A DNA stretch of 64,000 nucleotides from the human T2T-CHM13v2.0 reference genome, Homo sapiens: assembly GCF_009914755.1 (NCBI RefSeq), contig NC_060938.1, one strand, 5' to 3'. Positions within the stretch are counted from its first letter, which is position 1. The number at the start of each line of letters is the position of its first letter. A program made the translations under genes and the position numbers. This document shows, one piece after another, positions 1-17,006 of this stretch. The notes below the pieces were generated by a model that saw only the letters and a program-made list of their open reading frames with translations, made no database searches and was not told the origin of the DNA.

Positions 1-224
1 ATGACATAATTTATGCTTCTAAAAATTCTACTTTAGATATTATCTTATATAGTTCTAAAAAGAAACAGTTTACTCCAATTTTTAAAGTTCTCATTGTTTC
101 TGTGGCTTTCCCTCTCAAGGATACAAAAGAAACAAATTATAGTAAACACTAAAACAGTTCATTTCAGCTTGTCTTTTCAGTTTCTCTTGCATGTTTGTTT
201 CAAAAGGTTCTTTAATCATAAATA

Positions 225-741
225 TAGGTTGAACATCCAATACCCAAAAAATATGAAATCCAAAGTGCTCCAACATTTGAAACTTTTTTTTTTGAGATGG
301 AGTCTTGCTCTGTCTCCCAGGCTAGAGTGCAGTGGCGCGATCTCGGTTCTAGCGATTCTCATGCCTCAGCCTCCCGAGTAGCTGACACTACAGGCATGTG
401 CCACCGCACCAGGCTAATTTTTCATTTTTAGTAGAGATGGGGTTTCAACATGTTGCCCAGGCTGGTCTTGAACTCCTGACCTCAAGTGATCCTCCCACTT
501 CGGCCTCCCAAAGTGCTAGGATTACAGGTGTGAGCCACACCGTGCCTGGCCCAACATCTGAAACTTTTTGAGCACCATATGATGCTCAAAGAAAGTGTTC
601 ACTTAAGCATTTCACACTTTAGATTTTTGAACTTGGCATGATCAACCTGGTAAGCATAATTCAAATATTCCAAAATCCCAAATCCAAAACCTGAAACACT
701 TCTGGTCCTAAGCATTTTGGATAGGAAATATTCAATCTGTA
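225..741. mobile_element. Tigger4/Zombi-like DNA transposon MITE interrupted by an Alu
   Basis: Termini aggttgaacatcc ... ggaaatattcaatctg; internal aaatccaaa and ccaagcattttggata-like motifs. Confidence 0.65.
284..551 (-). mobile_element. Alu (S-like) with a ~25-bp internal deletion
   Basis: Alu consensus; TSD ccaacat(t/c)tgaaac on both sides. Confidence 0.9.
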
Positions 742-1318
742 TGAGGAGTGCTCCCTAAAGCATTTCTGTCAGTATCTTAAAACCTTTCCCTTAAAATGAT
801 GTGATGAGTTTGAGTTCAAAGATAACAATTTTTCCTAAACCACAAAAGTGGATTTGTTTTGTTTCTACGAACTCTGAAATACAACCCTTTTTGATCAACT
901 ATACCCCCTGGGGAAGAAAGAACATTTGAAAGTGAACATACAGATTACTGATATACAATAGAAAACAAAACAGAACAATCCGAGGATTGTATGTATGTAA
1001 CATATGAAAAGATGACATTTGTTACATGGACAAAAGGAGCTTCTATAAATACACACTCTAGTATAAGCATTTCCCAAAATGTATTCAGCAAGTTTGAGAA
1101 ACAATAATATGCACATTGGCATATAAAAGTCACAATAAAGAAATCTATATACTTTTGTCTAGCTAATTGTCTTTCAAGTTTACCACATACAAGTCTTTTT
1201 TTTTTTTTTTCTGGACAAGTAATATTCCTACTGCTATATTCCAAGGAACTATTATTGCAAGCACATCATTATAGAAAACATTGCCTTACATGTTTAGAAA
1301 TTAATAAATTCTTATTAC

Positions 1319-1527
1319 CTGTTCTAGGTTCTTTCATTGGTCTACACACAGTCCACTGATTTTGATGAGGATCGTATCTTTCAATGCTGGACAAATGTGA
1401 GACTCCATTATGTCCACCCACCACAAAAATAAAGCCTAGCATGACACCCACGCCAAAGTGAATCCTTTTATCTGCCATGGATGCAACCATCTCCCAGGAG
1501 TCCTTACTTGGATCATAACGCTCCACA
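1319..1527 (-). CDS. KLHL28: KLHL28 exon 4 (Kelch repeats), 209 nt
   Basis: VERYDPSKDSW...IFVVGGHNG...IERYDPHQNQW. Acceptor ttgcAG|TGTGGAG, donor ACAG|GTAATA. In frame with exon 3; the final exon is outside the window. Confidence 0.97.
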
Positions 1528-2014
1528 CTGCAAATATTTAAAAAAAATTTAATTTACAGATCTTTTGTGTCATTCTTCCTGTCAAAGCAAAACTAAAACC
1601 CACTACAGCTTTAAAAGTTCACATAATAGAGAGATATTAAACAAGAGTAGTCTGCCACAAATGCTTAGGTTTTGCTGATAAGATTGCAAAGATAAAAGCT
1701 TACCTTGTAAACAAGGTGCAATTCCATATGCTATTCCATTATATTGTGCAAGCGGCAAAGTATATTAAGAGCATAGAACTTGGAGTCAGAAGACCTGGGT
1801 TCAAGTACTAATTCTGTATACCTAGGGCTGAACGAACCTTAACCCTACTGCTGTGGATTTGTGTAATCCTGAATAAGTCATTTCCTCTCACCTGCAAAAA
1901 TGAGGATAGTGCAACCTGAAGGGATTCATATAAGAATAAAGTCAAATGAGTATGCACGTGACTTTGAAAACCACTAACTGAATACAGACTTTTTTTTTTT
2001 GTTCCTAAATTTTA

Positions 2015-2175
2015 TTTATTTATTTTTGAGGCAGGTCTCGCTCTGTCACCTAGGCTGGAGTGCAGTGACAAGATCAGAGCTCACTGCAGCCTCAAATTCC
2101 GGGGCTAAAGTGATCTTTCTGCCTCAGCCTCCTGAGTAGCTAGGACTAAAGGTACATGCCCCCATGCCTGGCTTG
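2015..2175 (-). mobile_element. Alu fragment (J-like right arm)
   Basis: ggctggagtgcagt...cctcagcctcctgagtagctaggact. Confidence 0.8.
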
Positions 2176-2915
2176 AATACAGAGGTTTTTAGGATCTTCT
2201 ATACAGTTAAGGGGAAAAGAAGAGGAAGAGAGGGGTGGGGGGTGGGGAGAAAAACCTTTATTTTTTTTCGTCACAGGAGAATTCATGTGGCTTACTGCAA
2301 AGCAATCACTGTAGATTGCATAGTACAAACTGGCTGATCATAATTATCTCAGGGTGATTTAGGAGTACTCAGGAATTTGAGTCAAGACTGTGTTTCAGAG
2401 AACGTGTGGCATTTCTAAGCTGCATTATGGAATCCAAATTAAATCAGAATTTTCAAAAAGGCTTCCCTAGAAAATTCTAGCAGCTGTTTAAGACTATGGT
2501 TTCCTCTGAAGGTGCACAAAGGCACAGAGGTAAGATTGTTGGGCTTGTTCTGGCCCTAACCTATTTCCTGAAAAAACCATAAGCATTTAACAGGCTGTGA
2601 CACCATTCTGGAGTTCATAATAGAGACTGGGTAATGTTTCTGAAAGAACTCCAGGATAGAATCCATTAGACCAAAATCATTGAAGAAGAGTTGATGCACT
2701 GCAGCAAGACTTTCAAGATAATCAAATTTAAAATACTTAACCTTTTATCTTACAAATTTTGGGCAGAAGCTTTTCAAAGAATAGAAATGCATGTCTATGT
2801 CCCATATTTTTCCTTCAACTAAGGGCAAAAAATATAAATAAATAAAAGGAGGAATACTTTGGCTTCAATAGAAGTAAAAATTTACAGATGAAATGCTGTT
2901 GTGCCATCACTTTCT

Positions 2916-3212
2916 CAGTCAACAAACCTCAGTATTTGTAGAGGATTGGTTCCAGGATCCACCCCATCCCAAGGATACCAAAATTTGCAGATGCTCAAGT
3001 TCCTTATATAAAACAGTATAATATTTGCATATAAGCTACACGTATCCTCTTGTATACTTTAAATCATCTCTAGATTACTTATAATACTATGCAAATAGCT
3101 GTTATACTGTATTATTTTGTTTTTTATTATTGTAAATTTTTTCAAATATTTTTGATCCACAGTTGGATGGATCTGTGGATGTAGAACCCGTGGATATGGA
3201 GGGCTGACTGTA
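2916..3212. mobile_element. MER2 (Tigger-family) DNA transposon
   Basis: ttggttccagga...gatgctcaagt(c/t)ccttatataaaa...aaatcatctctagattacttataata...ggagggctgactg. Confidence 0.8.
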
Positions 3213-3281
3213 TGCCCTGTCATTAAAATACTCACAATCAAAATAACACAAACCACTCTAATTACTATTAAAGATACAATC

Positions 3282-3460
3282 TTTTCTTTTCTTTCTTTCT
3301 TTTTTTTTTTTTTTGAGACAGGGTCTCACTCTGTTGCTCAGGCTGGAGTGTAGTAGTGCATTCAAGGCTCACTGCAGCCTCAACCTCCTGGGCTCAAGCA
3401 ATCCTCCCACGTCAGCCTCCCAAAGTATTAGGATTACAGGCGTGAACCACCACACCTGGC
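3282..3460 (-). mobile_element. Alu monomer (FRAM/FAM-like)
   Basis: Single-arm Alu-like sequence with a T tail. Confidence 0.75.
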
Positions 3461-4100
3461 CAAAGATAAAACCTTTGGAACATCAATTTTCAATAAAGGT
3501 TCAGAATTACGATTAATTTCTCATATAACTAGTTACTTCATACTTTTATTTTCTCATATATATTTCTCCTTTATTCAGATAAAACTACAGAATACAGATA
3601 TCACAAATTCAAACTCCAGCACAAGTCAAATACCTGATGATACATGTATGATTACAGGAAAGAATTCAGAAAGGAATATTTAAATAAGGTTTTAAGTTTA
3701 TGATGTGCTATAATATTGTATAGACACACAGGAATTAAATTTCTACTTCTTTATTCTATTAAGCAATACAATAAAAGATAATTTACATACTGTGCACATA
3801 GATGTACACACCACACAAAATCTAAAGTTGTCTAACTTCATCTTATTTTTAGGTTTCTGAGTTTTAAAATCTAGTCCATTTATAGTGAATGAATGTAAAA
3901 TTTAATGAGAGGGATTTGATTGTTAGGTTTGTATTAAATTCCCATGTAAAACAATTACAATTATATCCATGGAGCAGATTAAGTTTCCCAAATGCCGGAA
4001 GTTCATTCATACACACAAATTGTTTAAAACTCAGAAATCATTGCTAATGAGACTTTTAAAAATCCATAAACATATGCAATTTAATTATTAAGTTAAATAC

Positions 4101-4544
4101 CTGTTCATGTGGGCAGGACCATACCCACCAATGGCATATATCATTCCATCCAATACCGCTGCAGCAAAACAACTTCTTGTTGTCGTCATTGGTGCCACAG
4201 GTTGCCATTTTCTTATTTTGGGAATGTACTTCTCTACAGATTGTAAATAAGATTGTCCATCATAACCACCTAAGGCATAAAGTTCTCCTGCAAGTACTAC
4301 TACTCCAAGAGTACTTCGGCTTTCATTCATTCTCTCTAGAGAAGTCCAAGTATTTGTATCAGGATTCCAGCATTCCACTGAATTTTCATGTTTTCTGATA
4401 GTGACGCCAGGACGCACATTAGTTGCAATACCACCTATAACATATACTTTTTGGTCTAAAACGCATATTCCAAATTCATAGCGAGGAATGTTTAGGGGTG
4501 CCAAACCAATCCAAGAGTCATTCTGAGGAAAGTACATCTCCACA
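4101..4544 (-). CDS. KLHL28: KLHL28 exon 3 (Kelch repeats), 444 nt
   Basis: Kelch motifs VYVIGG, LYALGGYDG, IYAIGGYG. Acceptor ctttAG|TGTGGAG, donor CAG|GTATTT. Phase 2 joins exon 2 in frame (AG+T = Ser). Confidence 0.97.
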
Positions 4545-4589
4545 CTAAAGAATAAGCAGAAAAAATATAAAATTTAAAAACCAAAGTGG

Positions 4590-5830
4590 CCCATAAAGAC
4601 AGATATGTTTAATCTTATTAGTAATCAGGGACACAAAAATTAAAAGCACAATAAACCATGACACACCTTCCAAAGTGGCAAAAAATATAAAGTCAGATAA
4701 TAATTGTTGGCAAGAATGTGTAGCAAGAAATGCATACTCCGTTGGTGAGAGTGTAAACTTGTATAAATTACTCTGGAAAACAATTTTACATTATCTAAAA
4801 AAGTTGAAGATACATGTGTCCTGACTCAGTAATTACATTCCTATATATCTACTCTTCTGAATGTCTATTATAATTTTGCATCTAGATAAATATACACAAA
4901 TGTTCACAGAAGCACAACACAATCATCCACCAAAAGAATGGTTAAAGTGTACTTTATGTGTCCTGTCTGAGCAACTCTACTGATGAAAAAGGCATGCATA
5001 CATATATGTCCAAGAGTGTTTACTACAGTATTATTTGTAACAGCTCCAAAGTGGAAACAATCCAAATGTTTATCCACTATAAAATGGATAAATTGTGCCA
5101 TATCATATAAAAGAATACTACATGGCAATGAAAGGAACAAACTATAGCTACATGTCGCTGGGGGAATCTTACACACATAATGTTGAGATAAAAAAGTCAA
5201 ATTCAAAAGGATATCAATTAAGTTCAAAAACAGGTAAAACGAATCTCTGGATTAGGAATGAAGATAGTGGTCACTTTTGGGGAGGACAAGAAGGGAGCTC
5301 AAGGGTGGCTTTTGAGTGTTGGTCATACTCTGTTTCTTGAACTGGTTTGTAATGTTTACTTTGTGGTAATTCACTGAGCTGTACATTTGGGATTTGTACA
5401 TTTTTCTGCATGTGTGTAACACTTTAATACTTAAAATTAAAATTTTTATTGTAGAAAGATAAAGTATATTATGCTCATACACTATATAACATATCAATTA
5501 AGTGAACCATTTCCTCATGCAATCTCACAGATGAATTTCACAAACATTGTTCAGTGAAAAAACATCTGAATAATATATATTACTGCACTTATATTAAAAC
5601 GTGTAAAACCTAACAATATATTGGGGCACATTTAATATGTGGCAAAATTATAATGAAAAGCAAGGGAATAGTTCGTAAAAATTCAGGACAGTGGATACTT
5701 CTGGAGGAAGGGAGATGGCAGCAAGGAGGGGCACAGGGGGACTTCAGAAGTATTGTTAATAGTCTGTGAAGCTGGTTGATAGGTACTTCAGTATTTATTC
5801 TTGATACCCTGCACCCATATACTATATAAT
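4590..5830 (+). mobile_element. Old L1M fragments (3' region)
   Basis: Degenerate L1 3' motifs (gttggtgagagtgtaaac, aaacaatccaaatgt, tgctcatacactat). Confidence 0.55.
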
Positions 5831-5837
5831 CTTTTGC

Positions 5838-5866
5838 ATGTATGTATGTGTATGTGTATGTATATA

Positions 5867-5917
<51 letters not shown>
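5838..5917. repeat. (TA)n/(TG)n microsatellite
   Basis: Direct reading of the sequence. Confidence 0.95.
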
Positions 5918-5919
<2 letters not shown>

Positions 5920-7118
5920 TTACCCTCCCCCCGCAAAGTTGGGAAAAAGTAGCTAATGTCCCCAAACTCAATAATGTAACAGCATAAAAAAAGTCCTCCA
6001 TCCAGTATAATCAAGCTATATTCATTCACTCAATAGTTACAGAATTCCTATTTAAAGTCAGTTTTTATTATAATACTTGTTTTAAAAATATGAATTTGAT
6101 GCAATGATATATGATGGAGTAGTCTGACCCTAACAAGGTTTAAAAGAGAATGGGAGATAAGGAAGTGAAAACAGGGGGTATAACTTTCCAATGATTTTTA
6201 CTATAATGAGTAAAATAAATATGAGCAGATAGCTATGAAGTGGGGCAGAGAAAGACCATGGGACCAGAGGGGATTAATTTAACCTGGAAGCTTAAACCAA
6301 AATGTGTTTGCATGCTGATGGTAATGATACATATAGTACAGAGGGAGAAGATGATGATATAGGAGAGAGATAGGATAAATGGAAAAGCAAAGTCTTTGTG
6401 TAATGCAGAGTGAATGAAATCTAGTGAATAAGTAGAGAGGTGGAAGGGTTGGTCTTAGAAATAACTTGGCAGATTTGGTGTTGGGAAGATGAGGTAGTTC
6501 TCTTCTGGTTGCTTCCATCTTTTCAGTAGAATAAGAGGTAAGGGGAAGGGTTTGTGGATGTTTTTAAGAGAGCAGAAGGTGTCAGACATGAGGGAGTGAA
6601 AGAATAAACTGATTAAGGAAATGTAGAGTAGTTACTGGGGAGTGCTGAAGGCTCCATGTGAGACAAGTTAAAATGGGTATGTAGGTTTCTCCAGTTACAT
6701 TCTGCTGCTCAGATGTAGCCATGGCCTAAGTGGAGAATTGAATTTAACTAGATGAGTATGACGGAGGAACAGAAAGGCAAAGGGGCCATGGCGTATTTAA
6801 AGGAATGATGACTGTGATGTTTCTCGAATCTAAGCTAGGCAAGATGGAAGATAAGAACGTGTGGTGGTTCAAGAGCAATCAATTCTACTAACTGATTATG
6901 GGGCCAATGGATGAAGAATCCTGAAAGGGACAAAGACTCATTGGAGGGTGTGTACTGAAAGAAATAAGCTGGCAAGAAAAAACCACTGTCAAAGAGTGGA
7001 ATGTGTGAACCAAGATTTTTGAATGTGTTGAAGTCACTGGTAATAACAAAGGCTGGCATCTGAAGTAGGAACAGTCTAGGACTGAGCCCTTAACCTGTAG
7101 GATATGGTTAACTCTTAA

Positions 7119-7460
<342 letters not shown>

Positions 7461-7653
7461 CAGAATTGAATTGTTAAATACCTAGTTGATGTCAGAGAAT
7501 TGGAAAATTGGTTGGTATGAGAGTAAGACTTCTCAGTGATAGTAAGACTAAAGGTTATGATGATGGATTATCTGTAAGTTATGGATTTCTGGAGATGATT
7601 TAGCTAAATACATACAACATACAATGTCATTAGTCCTTATGGTCTTTTGATGG

Positions 7654-10348
<2,695 letters not shown>

Positions 10349-10869
10349 GAGGGCAATAATAATCAGTTCTAATAAGAGTTTCATTCTTGAATTAGACCTG
10401 TGGTTTATAGTGTTGAGATGAGTGATGTGGCTGAATGTCCATTCAACATTTAACATATTTGCACAACTATTCAAAAAATGCTTTCAATGTATTGCCATCC
10501 TTATGACTCCTTATGTATAAGTAGAAACAATACAGTTCTCAGAGCTTCCCCAATTTTCTTAAGTTACCTACCCAATCCCCACTTTCTTCTCTAGCAGGCC
10601 TCCTCTCTTAATTAAAGAAAAAAACTAAAGCCATTGGACAAGTGCTGTTTTAAACCCTTGCTTTCAACCCCCCCGCCAGCCAGTAAACCTCAATTGTCTT
10701 GAGGCATAAAGAGTCTCTCTTTCTCCTATTCACAACTTTCTATCATTGCTTTTGATATCAATCTCTTCTATTTCCTCTAAGATCTTGCTTCATCAATAAG
10801 CATTCATCTATCTTATATCTTTACCCTATCCCTCTTTACTTATCTCTTTATTCATCTAATTATAAAAAT

Positions 10870-11152
10870 ACTTGGGAGGCTGAGGCGGGTGGATCACAAG
10901 GTCTGGAGTTCAAGACCAGCCTGACCAACATGGTGAAACCCTGTTTCTACCCAAAATACAAAAATTAGCCGGGTGTGGTGGCATATGCCTGTAATCCCAG
11001 GTACTCAGGAGGCTGAGGCAGGAGAATCGCTCGAACTCAGGAGGCAGAGGTTGCTGTGAGTTGAGATGATGCCAATACATTCCAGCCTGGGCAACAAAGT
11101 GAGACACCTGGGCGACAGAGCGAGATGCCGTCTCCAAATAAACAAAAAAAAA
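10870..11152 (+). mobile_element. Alu, 5'-truncated, with an internal 21-bp duplication
   Basis: Alu consensus from ttgggaggctgagg to the A tail. Confidence 0.9.
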
Positions 11153-11363
11153 CTCATGTCTCTCTCTTCAAGAACAAAATAAAACCAAACAAAACTTCCC
11201 CTGATGCTATCAGTTACTGCCTTAACTCTCTCCTTCCTGTCTCTAGCAAGATTCTTAAAAGAAAAGTCTTCATTCAGTTTATTTCCTTACTTTGTATTCA
11301 CTTCTAGGCCCACTGTAATGTATCTACAGCATTTCTACAACTCTGCTTGAAATTACCCACCAA

Positions 11364-11671
<308 letters not shown>

Positions 11672-11689
11672 GAAATTACCCACCAAAAG

Positions 11690-12960
11690 TCATTATGTTC
11701 TCCATAATGCCAAGTTTAAGAGCCACTTTTCCATTTTTATCTTTCTGGATCTTTCCAGTGCATTTTACATAGCTGATCACATTCCTTCCTTCTTGACACA
11801 CAAATTCCTTGGCTTTTATGACTCTATTCACTTGGTTCCCCTACCGCTAAAATTGTTCCTGCTGCCCTCATCTTAAATATTAATGTTTCCCAGATTTTCA
11901 TTCACAATCAATCCTTTTTCCTCTCTATATTTTCTCACCAGGCAAAAGGAGGAACATTTAAACTGTCAATAACTCCATCAAAGACTTCATAGTTTTAATT
12001 CATACCTCTAAACTATACTATATGCTGATGACCTTCAAATTTCCAGCCCTGAGCTCTTCTTTGAGCTGTGCACTCATATCCAGCTACCATAGAATATCCT
12101 TTACCTGGATATTTCATAGGCACTTCAAACTCAATGTGTCCAAAACTCTTCCCCTGAAAGTGGCTTCTCCTCCCATATTCTCTCTCTCTCTGCATATATG
12201 AACCACCCATGTAATCATCTAATCAAAAGAACTCATTCATCTTGGATTCCTCCCTCTTCCTCATCATCCCTCCCTCATATCCATTCAAACACCAAATCCT
12301 GTCAATTTACTCTGTTAAAACATTTTTTAAAATGAATGCCCCATTCTCTATCTTTACTACTTCTACCCTAATTTAGGATCTCATCATCTCTTGCCTATAT
12401 TAGATAAGAGGTTCTACAATAACATCTTATTTAATCAATCTGATATTAATCCTGGCCTCTCAATTTTTCCCATAATACAGCCAGAATGATACAAATCTAA
12501 TAATTTCACTAACCTCCTTAGAATGGTTTTGCAACCCACATAAAAGTCTTTTTTTTTTTTTAAATCATGGCATACAATAACTTCTTTGACTTGGTTCAAA
12601 GACCACTGCTTGACACTTCTTGGTTAGAACCCTTTACTTCTGAATACCAATTAGCTTTTAGTTTCCTGAATATCCCATAATGTATCATGCCATTGTGTCT
12701 TTGTACATTCCTCGTGACCTTTCTTCTTTCTCTGCTTGATTCTTGCTTAGCATTCAACACTCAACTTGTACATGAAGTTCTCTACAATTCCTCTTCCCTA
12801 AATCCCCCAGATGGGATAAATGGTTCTCTTTAATGTTTCTATAAAACTATCTTGATCGTTGCATAAACATTATGTATTATTTTCTACATGTCTCCTTTAC
12901 TAAATTATGAACTTGTTGAAGGTCAATTATCTAGCAGTGTATCTGATGCACAGGTGTTTA
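11690..12960. mobile_element. L2 fragments
   Basis: Pyrimidine-rich L2 3' motifs (cacttcaaactcaatgtgtccaaa, cttggattcctccctct, acagccagaatgat). Confidence 0.55.
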
Positions 12961-13389
12961 ATATCTTTTGTAGAGTTAACCTGAATGATCATTCAGGTTG
13001 GTTTTAATTTTTCCAGAGTTATAATAATGCTGCAATAAACAGCTCTATGCAAATAATACTTTTAATTTTTAAAATTTTATTATGATAGATTCTATGATAA
13101 AAGATTACTATGTCAAAAGATATGAACAGGTCTTATTATTCTTCAATAATTTGTTATTTTTAATAGTTGAGAAAATAAGAGGCAACTGCTCAAAAATTTT
13201 TACACTATAAATACATATTCGAAAATTTTTGTCATAATATTTACTAATATAATTTACTTTATGCCAGTAACCAGTGCATTTCAGAATAAGAGTTAAACAA
13301 TCAATTCGTGTAGCTAACATAACTAATGTTCTATGTGTAGCCCAGTCTCAACAATACTAGTTTCAGGTTACAGTTAAAATGTATTATGA

Positions 13390-13718
<329 letters not shown>

Positions 13719-13731
13719 TGTATTATCGGAC

Positions 13732-14008
13732 TTTTTTTTTTTTTTCAAAACAGGGTCTCATTCTGTCACCCAGGTTAGTGTGCAATGGTGCATTCATAGC
13801 TCACTGCAACTTCAAACTCCTGGGCCTAAGCAATCCTCTTGCCTCAGCCTCCTGATTAGCTGGGACTACAGGAGTGCAACACCACTCCCAGATAATATTT
13901 TAAATTTTTTGTAAGGACAGGATCTCGTTATAATGCCCAGGCTTGTCTCAAACTCCAGTCTCAAGTGATCCTCCTGTGTTGGCCTCCCAAAGTGCTGGGA
14001 TTACAGGT
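13732..14008 (-). mobile_element. Alu (J-like)
   Basis: Alu consensus, tail-to-tail with the previous Alu. Confidence 0.9.
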
Positions 14009-14249
14009 ATTTTGAGACTTTTTTAAAGATGCAGAATTTATCAGTTGCCATTGATGAAACGTCAAGTTTCCTAACATTGGAAAGGGAAAAGCAATCTACC
14101 AAATTTTTGGAAATGGTCAGAAATCCACAGTATTAAAAAATATGTATTAAACACAAAAGTTTTCATGAAGCAATCCTATCTAAGAAAAAGCAAAAATAAC
14201 TTCAAGCTATATTTTCAATGTATAAAAGTTACTAGTATAATGCACCAAA

Positions 14250-14475
14250 TTAAGGGTTGGCAAGCTATCACCATGGGCCAAATTTAGCCCACTAGCTATT
14301 TTTATAAATAAAGTTTTATTGGAACACATCCATGTTCATTCACTTATGTATTATCTATGGCTGCTCTCACACTACAATGGCAGAGTTAAGTAGATGCCAC
14401 AAAGATTACATGGCTCACAAAGTCTAAAATATTTACTGTTTGGTCTTTTATAGAAAAAGTCTGACAATTCCTAAT
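14250..14475. mobile_element. MER58-like hAT MITE
   Basis: agggttggcaagcta...aataaagttttattggaacac...aaaatatttactgtttggtctttt. Confidence 0.7.
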
Positions 14476-15043
14476 CTAAGTTATTGGGGGGAAAAACATA
14501 TTTCTTAATGCTGTCTTTTAAAAATACACTGAAGAAAACAAATTACACTCAAAGTACATAATTTATATCAGTATCCTATTTTTTCTCATTTCTTTGGTAG
14601 CACTTCTAGTGAACTGTTTTCATTCAAACCCATTCCTGTCCCCAGTTCCCTCACCACAGGTTCCTAGTTCTCTTCTTTGCTATCTTCTGATATAATTGAC
14701 AATAATAAATCTCTTCTGATGTGGTCTGACTCAAATAAACATGTAAATGGTTCCAGAAAGAAAAAAAGAAAGAAAGAGAGAAAATGGAATAAAAGTTTGT
14801 GAGTAACCAGGTGGATAAAGTGTGCACTTGGGGAGATGGTTAATAATTGAGAGTATTGTAAAGAATGAATGACAATATAATAAAAACAATCACGTAAGTA
14901 TTTTAGGAAGAAGAAAAAAAACTAAAAAGAAGCAAAGAAAAGTAAAAAGGAAAATCAAACTATTTTTAAAATATAGAAAATCTGCACATTTAAAAAGCAT
15001 AAAATCAATTAGCATCATTCATTTAGGAAAGCCTTCTATTTAC

Positions 15044-15942
15044 CTATCCAAACAGGCAAAGAGTCCAGATTTCCCTCCTACTGCACAAAGTACTTTGGGA
15101 GCACAGCGAGGTCGTGTCATCAAGACTGTCTGATGAGAGAGTCTATGTTCAGGCATAAAGTGGTACTTTAGGGCTTCATTCAAAAGATGTTTACAAGTGC
15201 GATCATCACGAATAAGATGATTTGCTTCATATAGTCTAGTGAGAAACTTAACACTCAACAATGGTAATCGTACACTGTTTAGTAACTGTGCTAAGTATTT
15301 CTGGCGTTCTTGTACATCATACTTGATCCAAGACTCTAATGCATAAAAAACAGTCTCTTCGGTAGCTACATTCAAACAGTCATTGGAAACAATTTCATCC
15401 AAGTCAGCATGTGTAAGCTCAAAAAACTCTTCAGTCTGGCAAACAGCTTCAAAATTCTGGCATATGTATTTAGTGGCTGCCAAATAAAGGTCACGGCAAC
15501 CATATGTTTCTGCAAAACGAGAAATTCCAATACAATTACCAGGATCAAGTTGGCTTTCAAGAAATGCACAACATTCTTTCAGGACAAGTTTTATCTGGAG
15601 TAGGTTTGCTGCTGGCAGGAGAGATTCAACTGTGTCCTGAGAAATAAAAACAGTCCCTGTATAGGCATACTCCACAATGGCCTGGAGAGCAGTTTCATCA
15701 ATGCATTGAAACTCAACCTCACTGTTCTCTTTTTCAGAAAGGTTTCCAGTGAACATAGCTTTGAAATACGGGCTGACGCTGGCAAGTACCACTTTGTGAG
15801 CATGAATTTTAACATCACCTACTCGAAGAATGATGTCACAGAGTTCGTGATGTTGGCGAAGAAGATTCAAGCCCTGCAGAAGTTGTTCAGAATGCAAGTG
15901 GGTTAAGTTAGCAAGCATGTAGGTCGGGGATGTGTGGTCCAT
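15044..15942 (-). CDS. KLHL28: KLHL28 first coding exon (exon 2; BTB + BACK domains), 899 nt
   Basis: ORF MDHTSPTY...ELCDIILRVGDVKIHAHKVVLASVSPYFKAMF (BTB) ...LDPGNCIGI...VRLPLL (BACK) ...RPR. Acceptor ttttctgtAG sits directly before the ATG at 15942; donor AG|GTAAAT at 15044/15043. Confidence 0.97.
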
Positions 15943-16565
15943 CTACAGAAAAATAAAAAAGCATAGACAGTTATTTCAAAGTAAACTTGTCAAAAACACT
16001 GCTTTTCAAATAGTACAGAATAATCAGATTTGTAATTTATTTGTCTGTTCATTGGTTTTTAAATACTTCATAGTAAATACTAGAACTAGAGGCTTTCAGA
16101 GTTAGAAGAGATTTAACAATCACATCATTCAACTTATTTATTATAGATATTAGGAAATGGAAGCCCAAAAGGTTACATGAGATGCCCCAAACCAAAAAAA
16201 TCTCTGACAATGGACTTTTGGATCAAAACTTTACCAACTTTTTCATTTTGTTTCCCCTGCATTAAATTCAAGTCTGAGCTATCACTGAAATAAAATGAAA
16301 ATATGAGGGGAAAAACTTGGTTAAAGTAAAATTATATGTAGAACAAACAACACTATTTGCCAACCAACAGATGCTTTAATTGGGCAGAAATTTCATATTA
16401 ACATACTTTACCCAAAATTTCAATAATTGCTTTGACAGAGGGTGCTGAATTTAATGAAGGTACTATTACCACCAATTAATTTAATTAATTATGAACAGAA
16501 TCCAAAGTCCCATGAGGGCAATAAGGCTCACTTACTGATCTATATATACCATACCCACTCAACTC

Positions 16566-16869
16566 TTTTTTTTTTTTTTTTTTTTTTTAAGATGGAATCT
16601 CACTCTGTCGCCCAGGCTGGGGTCCAGGGGCATGATCTTGGCTCACTGCAACCTCTGCCTCCTAGCTACAAATGATTCTCCTGCTTAGCCTCCCAAGTAG
16701 CTGGGATTACAGGCACCTGCTAACATGCCTGGCTAATTTTTATATTTTTAGTAGAGACAAGGTTTCACCATGTTGGCCAGGCTGGTTTCAAACTCCCAAC
16801 CTCAAGTGATCCACCTGCTTCGGCTTCTCAAAGTGCGGGGATTACAGGCATGGGCCACCACACCCGGCC
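16566..16869 (-). mobile_element. Alu (S-like)
   Basis: Full-length; TSD tcaactctt. Confidence 0.93.
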
Positions 16870-17006
16870 TCAACTCTTGATCATTAATTCAGATCATGCC
16901 CACTCAATCTACTTGCCACTTTGTGCTTCTGGAAGATGAAAAAGAATAAAAATAGCAGGGAAGAAAAGGGATGAGAAAGAAAAGAAAGTGGAGAGACAAT
17001 AAAGAC

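Noticed and set aside
5610-6029. 139-aa ORF
   Set aside because: Held open by the (TA)n microsatellite.
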